From the human T2T-CHM13v2.0 reference genome, Homo sapiens, in NCBI RefSeq assembly GCF_009914755.1, contig NC_060925.1: a DNA stretch of 64,000 nt. The stretch is one strand, 5' to 3'. The translations under genes were made by a program, and so were the position numbers. Each line of letters opens with the position of its first letter. Positions within the stretch are counted from its first letter, which is position 1. The notes under the pieces were generated by a model. That model was not told where the DNA came from. It made no database searches and was given only the letters and a program-made list of their open reading frames with translations. Of the stretch, positions 43,975 to 58,379 are shown piece by piece.

Positions 43975-44199
43975 ACGTGTGTATTTCTTGGTTAGAAGCT
44001 CTTTTTGAGCAAAAAGTCCTGGAATTTCAAAACTGCATAAACGTATGGCATACATACATATTAATAATTGATTTGTGTAAGTTTTGACTCTTATTATGTG
44101 GGAAGTATTGCAGGGTAATGCCATTGTTCTGCTTTACTGGCTATTCATTTTTGCTAAGCCATAATAATATATGTTGACTAGATATTATTATACTATTTT

Positions 44200-44620
44200 C
44201 AATGTTCTTAATTGTCAACCACAGAATCAACTCTAGCTAGTTTAAGTAGAAAATAATTTATTAAGAGGGATAAATCACTCTGAGAATCATTGGGAGGGCA
44301 AACTTGCAGAACTAGGCTGAGTTTCCAGGAATGGCTCACAAAACAGAATTTCCTGGGACTGCCAAGGAGCTGTTGTCTCCACCAATCTGGAGGCTGCATA
44401 ATCAGGAAGCCACTGTTCCACTGTAGCCTCTGGATCCAGAGCCCCATCACCTCTGCTGTGATTCAGGCCAACAAAACAGGTGCCACACACTCTGCCGGTC
44501 TCTCATTTGACTCATTTTTTGAAACAAAGTCTGGCATGACTACATCTGATTGGCAGAAAGTATATCTCATCTGGAACTCTGGCTGTAAGAGCAAGATTGG
44601 GAAGGGTGAGAGGATTTTGA
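44200..44620 (-). mobile_element. Old MaLR LTR (MLT1 late-letter subfamily)
   Basis: acagaatcaactctagctagtttaagtagaaa..catctgattggcag..ctggctgtaagagcaagattgggaa. Confidence 0.55.
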
Positions 44621-45161
44621 ATTGCACTCAAACATTACAGGGCATTGGAAGAAGTGTTGAGATAGCCCATCTTCAGAATCCACTCCAGTTAAGAGCCTTG
44701 ACTTGTCTAATCTATTAAGATTCTGTGCCATTCAGTTGCTTGAAAATTGTTGGAGGAGTGTGCAGAATACAGAATCTTCCTATAAGGTGATCAGTCAGCA
44801 GCCTGGCTTTTTCATTGAACTCATGGTGTACAGGGCATTTCCCCTGAATCTATGAGTCCCCAGAGAAGAAGAGTTCACTATCTTTCCTGGTAGGGACAGG
44901 GAAGCCCATCTGGCTGCTGGCGTTCTGGGGCAGGGCAAGAAATGGGCTGAAGGACAACATTTTAGTATGTAGACTTTCACTAAACTCTCTGGTTTTGACC
45001 CCACCCCTTGCTGTTCACCCTGCCTGGTATCTCTCAGCCTGAAACTTCTTTGGTATAATTTCTCTAGGAAAAAAGCCTCTTGTCTCCTGCTGAAGGTAAG
45101 AATGAGTTGCCGTGAGTAGAAAAGGTAGTCCTGTGCCAACAATTGTCTTGTGTACTTCTGG

Positions 45162-45450
45162 TTTTTTTGAAACAGGATCTCACTCTGTCATCTAGGCTGG
45201 AGTTCAGTGGCATGATCTCAGCTCACTGCAACCTCTGCCTCCTGGGCTCAAGTGATCCTCCCACCTCAGCCTCCTGAGTATCTGGAATCATAGGCGCCAC
45301 CACATGTGGCTAGTTTTTTAAAAAAAATTTTGGAGAGACATGGTCTCACTATCTTGCCCAGGCTGGTCTGAAACTCTTGGGCTCAAGCGATCCTCCTGCC
45401 TTGGCTCCCCAAACAACTGGGATTACAGGCATGAGCTCCTGTACCTGGCC
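45162..45450 (-). mobile_element. AluJb-like
   Basis: Full reverse dimer with ctcctgggctcaagtgatcctccc; diverged TSD tgt(c/t)ttgt..cttct. Confidence 0.92.
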
Positions 45451-46575
45451 TGTTTTGTATGCTTCTATACATGGACTTCTGTCTGATCCCGCTGCCACAA
45501 CCTCACTACCATACCCACGCATGTGGGTACCAGGTGTCTCCAAGGACAAGAAGCCAAATGAGGTGGTTTCTCCTCCATTCTTTCCCCCTGTAGGTATTTG
45601 GAGAATAACCCTTTTCTTTATGCTAGGTCAACAAATCCTCCTTTGTCTCTTCTCTCTTAGAAAGCTTTTGAAAATATTTTGTTCACTATTTTTCCTCTCC
45701 CATTTCTTTGTTATTGTGGATTAATATCTTTTTAAATTATTTTACTATTATAATATCATAGTAGGTTTGGGAGAAGGAGAAGAGATACATATATATGATC
45801 GATCTGCCATCTTTAGTCATAAGTCCTTTAAATTTATTCTTTAGTGTGTTTATCATTATTACATTACCAATCTCATATGTACAAATATGTAGGACTATTT
45901 CTCTAAATTTAAGAATATAGAGATTAAATATAAATATATGAGAACAAAATCCTTAATGTTCTCACTTTCAAATTATAAAGTACTTTTTTTAGTGGGAGGA
46001 AAGGGGAATGTGCATTTCAAGGATATTAGCTGTATCTGAGAATACAGGGCAATATATGCTAAGTGAGGAAAAAAATACATGGCCGAAGAATGTCATGAGA
46101 ATGGAAAAGGGAGCCCTCCCATGGGCTTGTAAGGCCAGAAAGCCTTCCTGGAGGAGGTGGAAATTGAGCTGGACTCTGAAGAGGAGGTAGGAACCAGGAA
46201 GAGAGCAGGATCTCCAGCTGGGGTAATGTCAAGTGTGACTGGTTATCTTTCTCCTGCCAAGTGGAGATATCCTAGTGTGTAGCTCCCTTTCAGGATCTGA
46301 GTAGGTACGAGGGTGCAGCCATGAAGCCAGTGGTCTAAAGACCGTGGAGTTTTCTTGAGACTACTAGAACAGTCCATCAAACACAGGGAGTTTATACAGT
46401 GCTCAAGAGAAAAAGGTTAAAAAGTGCTGTTGATGAGCAACCTGCTGGTTCACAGATGCTCTTTACTATTCAAAATATAATTCTGATTAAAGCAAGGAAT
46501 TAAAATCCAAATAAAAAGATGCATAGTTTATACTTTGAGTTTCATACTTGTACATCTCTATAGTTATAACTTCTT

Positions 46576-47612
<1,037 letters not shown>

Positions 47613-48559
47613 TAAAAGCAATAAACACCAGATTTTAGTTTTCAACAGCATGTGGAAATATTATTCTGGTATTCTCAATATTTGCATAGCCTCTCATTAT
47701 TCTTTGATACTTTGATTATTGTATGAGTCAGTCATCATCTCTGAGTCCTTGAACTAGGCAAAGCACTATACCAGCCCAGGAGGGGGCTGTTCATATGTTC
47801 ATTCAGCAAGTGTTTGCTGAATGTCTATGATGCAACCAAAACTAATAAGGAAATAATTTATTTCCTCAAAGAGTTGATGGTTTGGTAGCAAAGTCAGCAC
47901 ACAACTACAGAGTAACAGGGGAGCAAGACACATAGAATGATTAACAACGATAATAAATAAAGGTAATAATAGTAATGGAGTTGCTTGTTTCTTTAGGGGT
48001 TTATCTTGTAGTTGGAAAGGCAGAGCATAGACACACTTAGGTGAAACATATAGACTCTTAGAAAGTAAGACAAAAGCACAAAGTGACAGTGTAAACCAAG
48101 CACAGGGTATCCGACCAGGGTGCGAGGAACCAAGCACAAGGGATCAGATGGGAATGTGAGGAATCCTGGCAATGGTGGAGGAGGCCCTTGCCATGCTGGC
48201 CATGGTGGGAGCTTCTGATGGCTCTAGAGCACCACAGGCTTGACTGAGATTTGGTGGACACATCAAAGTGCCTGGTTGGGTAGACATGGTATCACAGGAG
48301 TAGTTTGAATGAAAGGTTCAGTGAACTGCACTCACATTTCTGGGAGACGTGTTTGCTCAGTTAGAAGTCACAGGGAGCTAGATAGAGCTGCTCCATGTAG
48401 AGCACCTGAAGACAGAGGGCAGACCATAAGGTTCCAGCCAGACGGAGGTCAGGGCAGAGTCCTGCCACTGTGGGAACACTTGGAGGATAAGGCTGCCAGG
48501 TGGACCAGCTAGGGAACAAGGATCTGGAAATTTAGGCCTGTGTTCTAGTCATCCACAGG

Positions 48560-48945
48560 TGTATTAGTCCATTCTCACACTGCTATAAAGAACTACCTGA
48601 GACTGGATAATTTAAGAAGAAAAAAGGTTTAATTGACTCACAGTTCTGCAGGCTGAACAGGAAGCATGACTGGGAGGCCTCAAGATATTTACAGTCACGG
48701 CTAAAGGTGAAGAGGGAGCAAGCACCTCTTTCACATGGTGGCAGGAGAGAGAAAGAATTAAGGGGAAAGTGCCACATATACTTTTAAACCATCTGATCTC
48801 ATGAGAATTCACTCATTACCACAAGAACAGCAAGGGGGAAATCCACCCCCATGATCCGATCACTTCTCACCAGGTCCTTCCTCCAACATTGGGAATTACA
48901 ACTAGAGATGAGATTTGCATGGGGAGACAGAGCCAAACCCTATCA
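48560..48945 (-). mobile_element. THE1D-like (MaLR) solo LTR nested in a MER112-like hAT relic
   Basis: tgtattagtccattctcacactgctataaag..gagccaaaccctatca; 5-bp TSD acagg/acggg. Confidence 0.9.
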
Positions 48946-50128
48946 ACGGGCATTCCAGGGGTGTCTTAGAGGCAATACCAGGGTGAGAAGATGAGTTTAA
49001 TGGACAGGTTTCCTCATAGCCCCACTTGCTGCAATCAGAGGAGCTCCACTTTTTAATCTATTTAATATATAGGACTTGTCAGAATTTTTTTTTAATCAAC
49101 GGATTCTACTGATTAAAAAAATAAGTCTGCAATTGTGATGGGAAAAGACAAGAAGGCTGGAAAATGAGACCTATAATACTTTTAGAAAAAAATGTAAATT
49201 AAGTCTGAGCTAGATAATCTCTTTTGAGGCAAAGAGAAGCAGAGTGGCAAATAGGCAAAGGTATTTCTAGTGGAAGAGATAGTTTAGTCAAAGATGAGAA
49301 GATACAATTAGAAACGTTCTGTGTGGAAAATGAAAATGCATGGACTTTCCTGGGAAGCAGGAATCCCATGGCTGGTGCAGTGGGTACAGTGAAGAGTTTG
49401 AATTTACTCTGGCGGGCAATCCAGTGTCTCAGAAAATGAGGTGTGGGTGAGGAGCATGATGAATATGTATGGTTACATAACTCTGTGTCAGTTACTCAGA
49501 GCATGAAGGGCTTGGATTAATATATGGAGCCATCACATTTTTCTTGGCTTTGGTCCCTACCCATAAACCCAGGATAATGTCTCCAGTTTCCCTGCTTGCA
49601 AACATTCTGGCCACAATGCATCAAAGAAAAAAATGAGACTTTGTTAGGAAAAATATTGATCAACATTATTATCTCTTGAGCAACAAGCAAATTATAATAA
49701 TTGAATACTCCATGGTATCTCATGAGTTTTCAGTATTCTGCAAAAACATTTATCGTCCCTGGGTGAGGAATCTTTTTAACTTGGACATATCTATGCACTA
49801 CTGTCCTGTCTTTGGACTGAGTTCTTGGTGGCATAGTCATTCTGTTACTCCTCTGTTGGCTGGCACAGTGGTACTTCGCGTGTGGTCTACGCACGTTTTT
49901 GGTGCGGATGTGTCAGAGAAATGTTCCATTCATTGCCAGGAGAGTAGTGTAGCACTGAGAGAGGACAAATAAATATCAGTTTCTCAATAGGAGAAAAAGA
50001 CAACAATTAGGAGTATAAAATATGGCAAATACAATAATAGAGAACACACATGGAATGTTATATGAGTATAAGAAGGGGGTGGTAAAAACTAGGAATCTTT
50101 GTTCTAGTGAAGCATAAGTACTCTCTGC

Positions 50129-50270
50129 AACATAGAATATTCTGTTAGTCTGTCATAGAACCTGTTTGTAATTTGATTATTTGATAGCTTGAGAAAGATT
50201 GTCATGTTTCAGAATGTTAGAGCAAGCAAGTGAAGAATTTAACAAATATCACATATTTAAAAAATTAATT
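50129..50270 (+). repeat. Local direct duplication, copy 1
   Basis: Aligns by eye to 52514-52658 at roughly 85-90% identity. Confidence 0.9.
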
Positions 50271-50334
50271 TGGTGCCATTAGTGCATATTTAAAAAACAT
50301 ATTTGGTGCCATTAGCGGCTTTTTCGTATGTTAA

Positions 50335-50695
<361 letters not shown>

Positions 50696-52513
50696 TTTAT
50701 TCTTATTCTTATTCTAATATAATCTCTTTTAAGTTCTACCATTTTTGAAAACTTTTCATCAGTTCATATCTCCTAGGAGCAGAATCTATGCTTTTTTTTG
50801 TATGCTTTTGAAGTATATTGGATTACCACAGTACATTTATGTGTTAAAGGTTTGTATGAATCAAATCAGAGATATTGGTTTAGGTTAGTAAAACTTCATC
50901 TAACAAACTGTATGATGCTAAGCAAAATACTGTAAGTTAATTTAAAATCAATCTTTGAAGCATTAAAACTAAGTGTTTTTATTCACCTCTGGTTAATTTT
51001 TACACAATGGTCTAGGTAGGCCCAGCATGTTGGGGTTTTATTTATTATGGATCATCAGCAGTCAATGTTTATTAAGCAATGTCTGTATATACACCAATGT
51101 AATAACTGTTACATGTAAACACAAAAGAATGATGACATAATCTTTACCCTCAAGGAACTTCCAATCTGTGCTTGAAGAGGCAAGCTAAACATAAATAAAG
51201 ATTGCCATGCTAGATCGCCTATGACAAAAATTGTGGAAAATTTGAGAGTTATAGAAGAAAAAGGTCTATGATGTGCTATAATCAGGAGGTGGCCTTGAAA
51301 TAAATTTCAAGGCCACAAGAACCTGCCTTCTTTCAGAGAAGGCGTTCCTGGCAAATAGAAGACAACACAAAGGCAGAGATAGAAATAAACATGGCAATCA
51401 GTCTAGACTTTGTAAAGATTTAGTAGTCAAAAGCAGTGTCTGTCAGTTAAGCATTTCATATAGTTTTCTTCATAGAATTTTTACTTGATTATCATATATA
51501 TGTGACTATCAAACATCTTAATCAACACCTGGCTTTGGTTGTCAGACATTTTCAAATCAATTCAATAATATTTATAATACACACTGTAAGAATTTTTATG
51601 CCTAGCATCATGCTAGGCATTATATAGAAACAAGGAAGGACTCATAGTCTTACCTTTGAAGATGTTGTTGCTTTAATAGAAGAAAAGGTATGAACAAATA
51701 CAATAATTAAAGCTGTCATCAAACCAAGGCTACTCAAATAATTCAAGTTATGAAACTCCCTATGTATAAATTGCCACGTGAATAAAGTCCTCCCAGTCCT
51801 TTGCATATGCAGGTCCTTTGCATATGCAGGAGCTATTCCCCCACACACCTGATCCTCTGCTCATACCCATTGTATCTCCTTCTAGTGCCTAAGTTATATT
51901 GATGGTGCTCTGCCAGCTAGAGACCATCACTGCGCACTTGCCAAGCCCATACCTATCTCTCATTGACTCTCTGGTTTCCTTTCAAGGTCAGCGAGCACAT
52001 ACTGTAGTCATCCCATAATTCCCACCTTCTACCACCTTGGTTCCTCTGCCTTTTACTACTCATTGTTCAGTTACTTCCACCTCAGACCCCTTTCACACAA
52101 AGATGCACCCTTTTTGGACCTGATCTGTTTCTTCCGTTTCTTCTAACTCTTGCCAAGTGAATTCAGGGAAAGAACACTACACTGATGCTCTCATGTTCCC
52201 TCTCTCTTTGAACAAAAATATCTCTATCATCCTGGATGCCTCCCATAGAAATATTGCTGGCGACCCTCCTGTATTGAGGAAAGATACTATATTTAAATAT
52301 GAAGAAAAGAATGGTGTTGAATCAGTGACCTCAGCCTCTGAAGCCTTTGAAAGTATGCAGAAGTTCTTTTATGAATCTCTATTAAAAAAATCTTTCTCTA
52401 GAAGTTTACCAGTGCTTCCTTCAAAATGTCTACTCAAGATAAAATGTTTAAAATATCAAATTTCATTTCTTATTTATTACAAAAAAATGCTGTAAATTTT
52501 TGTTTTTCTCCAT

Positions 52514-52658
52514 AACATAGAATATTATCTGTTAGTCTGTCATGAAACTTGTTTCTAATCTGATTATTTATTAGCTTGAGAAAGAATGTTATCTTTCAGA
52601 ATGTTAGAGCAAGCCAGGGAATAATTATAACAAATATCACATATTTTAAAAATAAATT
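52514..52658 (+). repeat. Local direct duplication, copy 2
   Basis: aacatagaatattatctgttagtctgtcat..tagcttgagaaag..tttcagaatgttagagcaagc..aacaaatatcacatattt. Confidence 0.9.
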
Positions 52659-53049
52659 AAAACAACTTAAACAACTATATTGTGTAAGCTTATATAAACT
52701 GCTTAAACAATATATAAGCTACTTAAACAAGAGAGTTGACTGAACATTCTAAATTCCAAATGAGCAACGTTCACATAAATTTTCAAATGTAATGCACTTA
52801 TAAATTGAAGCTGTCTCGTATAGTTTGAAATGAATAGAATAAATAATACCTATTATATTAATATAAGGGAGAGAGATGGGAGGTGACAGAAACAGACAAA
52901 TGGTTACAAGTTTGAGAAAATCTTTTGCACAGAAAGTAGAACTTGAACTGAACTCTGAATACTAAACATTGCTATGTTAGGGAACTATTGAAGGAATATC
53001 TCAAGTTGGGAAAAGATGTATTTGGAAAAGATGTATTTGGTTGAAACAG

Positions 53050-53520
53050 AAACTTCTTATGGAGGAGAAAAGAAGACATTGGCCAATCAGGATTGAGCCA
53101 ATTTGTAAGTGTTTTTAAACCTCTTCACATTAAAGAGGTTAGTGGATTTTCTTCCATAAACAATGGAAAGCTATTGAAAGTTCTGAAGGATTGCAATGAA
53201 TTTGACAAAATCGTTTTCAAAAATCATCTTCTCTGGTGATGTTAGAGAAATTGGAAGGCAAGAGACTAGATAGGAGACCATTTGTGACCACATGCTTGTG
53301 AGATGCCAGGGACCTGGAATAATGTTGTGGGAATGTCAAAGGAGGGGAACTAGGACAAACTCTTCAAACACGATGTGACAAAGTCTTGAAGTAATAAAGG
53401 AGGCAAGAAAAGACGATGGGTCAGAAATGATAGTGAGGTTTCAGATGGGGTGACAGGGAGAATGAAGGATAAACCTGATAGCAGAAACAGGGAGGTCAGA
53501 AGGAAAAACTGTTTGGATGG
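53050..53520 (-). mobile_element. L2 fragment
   Basis: Purine-rich antisense L2 (caatggaaagctattgaaag..ggaaggcaagagactagataggagac). Confidence 0.55.
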
Positions 53521-53556
53521 ATGAGAGGAAGGAAAGAGTTAAGTACATGGGGTATT

Positions 53557-53861
53557 TAGTGCTATCAGTAGAAATTTAATGGAACTACATATGTCATTTA
53601 AAATTGTCTGACAGCCAACTTCAAAACAGTAAGAAAAAACAGGTGAAATTATGTTTAATAATGCTTTGTTTACCCCCAATATATTCAAAATGTTATTTCA
53701 ACATATAATCAATTAAAAAGTATTACCAATATAGTTTACATTCTCGTTTTAAGTTTTTGAGATCTGGGGTCTATCTTGCATTTCTAGCTAATCCCAGTTG
53801 AGCTACATTTCAAGTGCTCAGTAACTGCCTGTGGCTAGTGGCTACCATATTGGGCAGCACA
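53557..53861. mobile_element. MER33 hAT-Charlie element
   Basis: agaaatttaatggaactacatatg..aacaggtgaaatta..catttcaagtgctcagt..gtggctagtggctaccatattgggcagcac. Confidence 0.85.
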
Positions 53862-56175
53862 TTATTAGGCAGTCATAGAACTGACAAAAAAGATTTAGCA
53901 CATTTCTTGATTAAGATGATGCTAAGACTGTATTTTGGAAATTATAATTCTGTATATTATTTCTCCTTCTCTATTTCTTTTGTTTATTTTAGCTATTTTA
54001 GATTCATGATGTTCTTTTAGCAGAACATCATTCTTTCCCCAAAGCACCAAGACTTTTTATTGCCTAGAGTTGCTGCTGTCTCATTTAATTCTCCATTTGA
54101 CTTACAACTTTAATAAATACATGTCTGAATACATTTTCTTCTTCCTTTGTCAGTCTTCAAAGTTTTGATTATGAAATAATTTAGCAATGTGTCCTCAAAG
54201 CCTGGGATAAATGACATTTAGTACTTTGGATATGAGGACCATTTTTCATGTTCCCCAGGCTGCATATGTGTGTGTATTTCTCTCATGTTTAATATCTGGC
54301 ATAAACTTGCTGGAGTTTTGGTCTTCACGATATGCTAAAGAATGCAGTATAAAAGAGAGCCTACTTCTATAGAAAACAAGCCAAGGACATTGTGTTCCAT
54401 CTTTACAATGAAATTCAGATTTCCCATTAAAAGGCAAATCTATCATTTCAAAAGGTTGAATAGGATGGTAGTTTAAAAGAATCCAGCTGCTTAAATTTAG
54501 GGCACTGAAAAACATTCAATAAAAAAAATGTTCCCTGGGTCTCAAGCATTTTCATTTGATTATGTATTGGATAGATTTTCATTAGGCCTAGAATTTTGCC
54601 TCTTAGAATTCTGTCCTAAAATAGTTTGACAACTGTTTTGAGAAAGCTGGACTCAACTATGGTATCTCATTTACGATTAAATTATGTATTTGCTGTTTAG
54701 AATATTCTTGTGTTTGATAATATATTCTTAACTTTTGTTGTAGAAATATTGGACTAATTTTGCAGTGCTTTACTTTTTCATGTTTATTGTTGAGCCTCTC
54801 TCACTCCTATTTAGTTTCCTTTATGTTTCTTCTTTTCTTTGGAGACATTGTCAGAACAGCTATTTTGTTCTCTAAGCGACTTCCTTCAATGTTTTCAGTC
54901 ACCTGTTCACACGTGACTTTATTTTTGTAGCCAAGTAGAATGCTACCTTTTTGCTATTCTAATGTGCTCTGCCCAACTTTTTTCTGATTAATTTAGGAGT
55001 AGGAAGTGGAAAGGTGGGTGATACTCCCTACAATACAACATGTTACCCACAAACTGATTAGGGAGCACAGAAGAGCTCTATGCTATGCAGCTGAGCTACA
55101 AATTCTTAAGGAAGTAGTCTATATGCTGTAGGAACAAAAGGATTTATGTCAGACATATTTGTATGATGCACGTATTTCCCATGGGCATTAATAGTCGTTT
55201 ATTAAAAGTTATGACTAAGTCTCCATTCTCTCCAGCTCTGGACTTTAGCCCTGCTCTCTTTCACGGGTAACACCAGAGATGTAACCTGGGACCATACAGA
55301 GGACCATGGTTAACAAGGGCAGCGCTTGTTATACCCCTGGTAATAGGTATTTACTAGGTTTCTTAAATTGAGTATTTGGCTCTCTCCTACTGGTTGTTAG
55401 GCATTTTTACATGTAAATAATATTGCCCGTGGGCCAGTCCCTAAAAGTAAATGTTTCCAATAATTTTTTGGCATCCAATGTTTTACTAACACTAATTTGG
55501 TCGCATTTGCAGACCTTACCTCTTCAATGTTCATATTCTTCCTAAACAATTGTTTATTTTGAAAGAGAGTTTGTTCTAGTCAATATCAGTCCACTTCTAA
55601 TGAATTTTTCCCCAAAGAGCTCAACAATTTTATGGAATAATTCTTTTTCAGAATTCATATTTTATTCTAGACCCAAATGAGCAAGTACTTTTTATGCTTT
55701 ATCATAGTTTATGGGGGGTATTTCATACTGGGGTCCTGTGCTTCCACTCCCCTGCCAACACTGGCTATCAAAACTGCTTAGGCTGCAAATAAAACAAGAA
55801 ATGAAATCCATCTGGCATTTCTCATTGAATTAGGACCAGAACATTTTTGTTAAATATTAACAGATGGCTAAAGTCTTAATATCAAACTAACATTTAAAAA
55901 CATCTAAAAGGACCCACATGAGGGGGAAAGGACGGAGGACCATGTGTTTTCTTCATCTCAGAGCCCTTCCTGTACACCATTCCCCCCGCCATTTTTCCAA
56001 CCACATGTTGAGAATCACTGGGGCCTCCTATCTCTAATAACTTTTATTCCTTAATAGCTGGTATCAAAATGGCATGTGATGATATTATCAAGATAGTGTA
56101 ATCAAGTGTTAGCCAACTCAGGTGATGTGTTGCCATTGGCATGCCTCAAGATCTTTTATTAAAGTCAATTTTCTG

Positions 56176-56236
56176 TCTCTCCTCTCCTCTCCTCTCCTCT
56201 CCTCTCCTCTCCTCTCCCTCTTTTCTTTCTCTCTCT
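56176..56236. repeat. (CTCCT)n polypyrimidine repeat
   Basis: Pentanucleotide run. Confidence 0.9.
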
Positions 56237-56615
56237 TATAATAGGAAAAAGAAAAGAAGTACATGCTTCCCTTGGACAACCTGAAAGTTCGGGATGTGGA
56301 AAAGAGCTTTATGTCTAGCAAGCACATCTTTGCACTCTTTAATACAGAGCAAAGGTAAGAAATTGAAACAGTTCCTGTCTTCAGATTTTTTTCCTTGAAG
56401 TTCTACATGATTCAGAGATCATATTTGAAAATAGTTCCTTTGGTCACACCTTGAAATTTGTCTGCTCTTCAGTTTTCCTTTCATTTATTTTGTATTTTTA
56501 AATTCCACCATGGGTTATGGCTTCAAAATATAAAAACTCAGACTAAAAAAGATCTTCAAGTGTTAACTAATTATTTCTTGCTTTTCCACCTGGCATGAAA
56601 ATAATTCTTCATCCA

Positions 56616-56897
56616 TTTTTTTTTTCTTTTTGAGACGGGATCTCACTTTGTCATCCAGACCGGAATACAGTGCTATGATTATGATTCACTGCAGCCTCGA
56701 ACTCCTGGGCTCAAGCAATACTCCTACCTCAGCCCTCTAGAGTAGCTGGGACTACTGCGTGCATGCCACTGTGTCTGGATAATGTTTTAAAAATTGTTTT
56801 GTATGCAGTTGACCTCAAACTACCTGGGTGCAAGAGATTCTCCTGCCTTGGCCTCCCAAAGTGCTGGGATTACAGGCATGAGCCACTGCACCCAGTC
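56616..56897 (-). mobile_element. AluJ (Jo/Jr-like, internal deletion)
   Basis: cactgcagcctcgaactcctgggctcaagcaat..ctcccaaagtgctgggattacaggcatgagcc. Confidence 0.9.
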
Positions 56898-57109
56898 TGT
56901 CTGTTCTTAAAGCTACATTTTGTTACCTTAAAGTCTTTCTTGTCCCAATATATTGTTTACATACTTACAAACTACTCTATGATAATTTTTAAAGTATCTG
57001 TCTAACATGAATGGATATCACTTAAGCTCTTCTTGAAGAGCGGACAAATTTCATATACTATGACTAAATTCAGGGAATAGAATTATTCAGTTATGGCAAA
57101 TAAAAATGT

Positions 57110-57310
57110 ATAGTATTTTACAGTTTTTCAAAGTGCTGTCTACATTCATTGTCATTGGTTTTTGTAACAATTGCCTTTGAGATCAAAAGGATACAGTTAC
57201 AAATAAGAAAGCGTAGGCTCAGGGATGCTAACTCACTTTCTTAAGGTCATAAAACTGGTGCATGGGGGAGCTGGAACTTGTATTAGGACTTCCTCTAAGT
57301 ACACTTTTCC
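57110..57310 (-). mobile_element. MIR
   Basis: ttacaaataagaaagcgtaggctcaggga..aaggtcataaaactggt..gagctggaacttg. Confidence 0.6.
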
Positions 57311-58379
57311 TTCCACTCATTTTCCATTGTGTGCTTATTTTGTTCTGCTGTTCATGTGCAGTATCAAAACTGTATTTTGAGCTGACCATCACAGAGTGCC
57401 ATGATCTTCACTGAAACTTAGCAGTAAAGTTAAATAAGCAAATGGAGAGGTAAGAGAGGATGGACTAGAGAAGTATAAAAGGGGTACAACTAGGAAAGGA
57501 TAATAAAGGAGAGTTTTTCCAAAAGAAAATGTTATAGGAAAAAGCTAATTAAAATTTGTGTGAGTCAGTTATTAACACAGTAAGTCATTAGGTAACAGAA
57601 TCTAATTTTAACCCATTTTTTGAGGCTGCCTTTTTTCTTTATTTAGCAATGAATGAAGTTACTTGATTAGGTTCAATGACTGGCCCAGGGTCAATCACAC
57701 AGTAAATTAAAATAGCAAAAGAAGACGTCTTCCTACATTCCCAGTCAGTTGCTCAGAGTGACTCATAATACAAAAATACTTAGTAAAACCACAAAGCAAG
57801 CCATTTAAAGAATCGACAGGAAAGAAAATTAAGTACAACTAACTCCCCTACCAAATATTCAAATGGGATTTTTGAAGACAGTATTATTTGAGAGCAGCTT
57901 ATGAAAACACACTGAAAATAATAAAGAATAAAAAGGTTTTCTAGAGAGAATAGTAGTGAGTCTGCCACACTGCAGCCAAGCTCAGTACTAGTTTACATGC
58001 CTTCATCAGAACAGCAGAGACTCAGGAGATTCTAAAGCAATCATCAGAGGTGTGCTCAGCCTTCTTGCCTAGATGCAGAGTGGAACAGGTGACTGCCAAA
58101 CAGGAAGTCAAACAAAATTGAATCCATGGTCAACCTGAAAAGTTCAGGTTATAAAAAAGCTGGGTGTAAGGTAAAAACAAGGCTATGGTAGACTATCATT
58201 TTTCATAAAATACAACTGTGGATTTTAAAGACAGCAAAAGTCACCGAAATAAGGAAACTGTGGACTTTGAAAAATCTAGATATTTTGGGATCTTGGAGTT
58301 CTAAAAAGGTATTGAATTCTGCTGCCACTTCTCAGTGACCTCAGTGAGTATATAGATGTACCCACATTGGCCATTGTCT

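Noticed and set aside
44290-44718. 142-aa ORF
   Set aside because: It lies in a decayed MaLR LTR, has a non-ATG start and shows no protein similarity I recognise.
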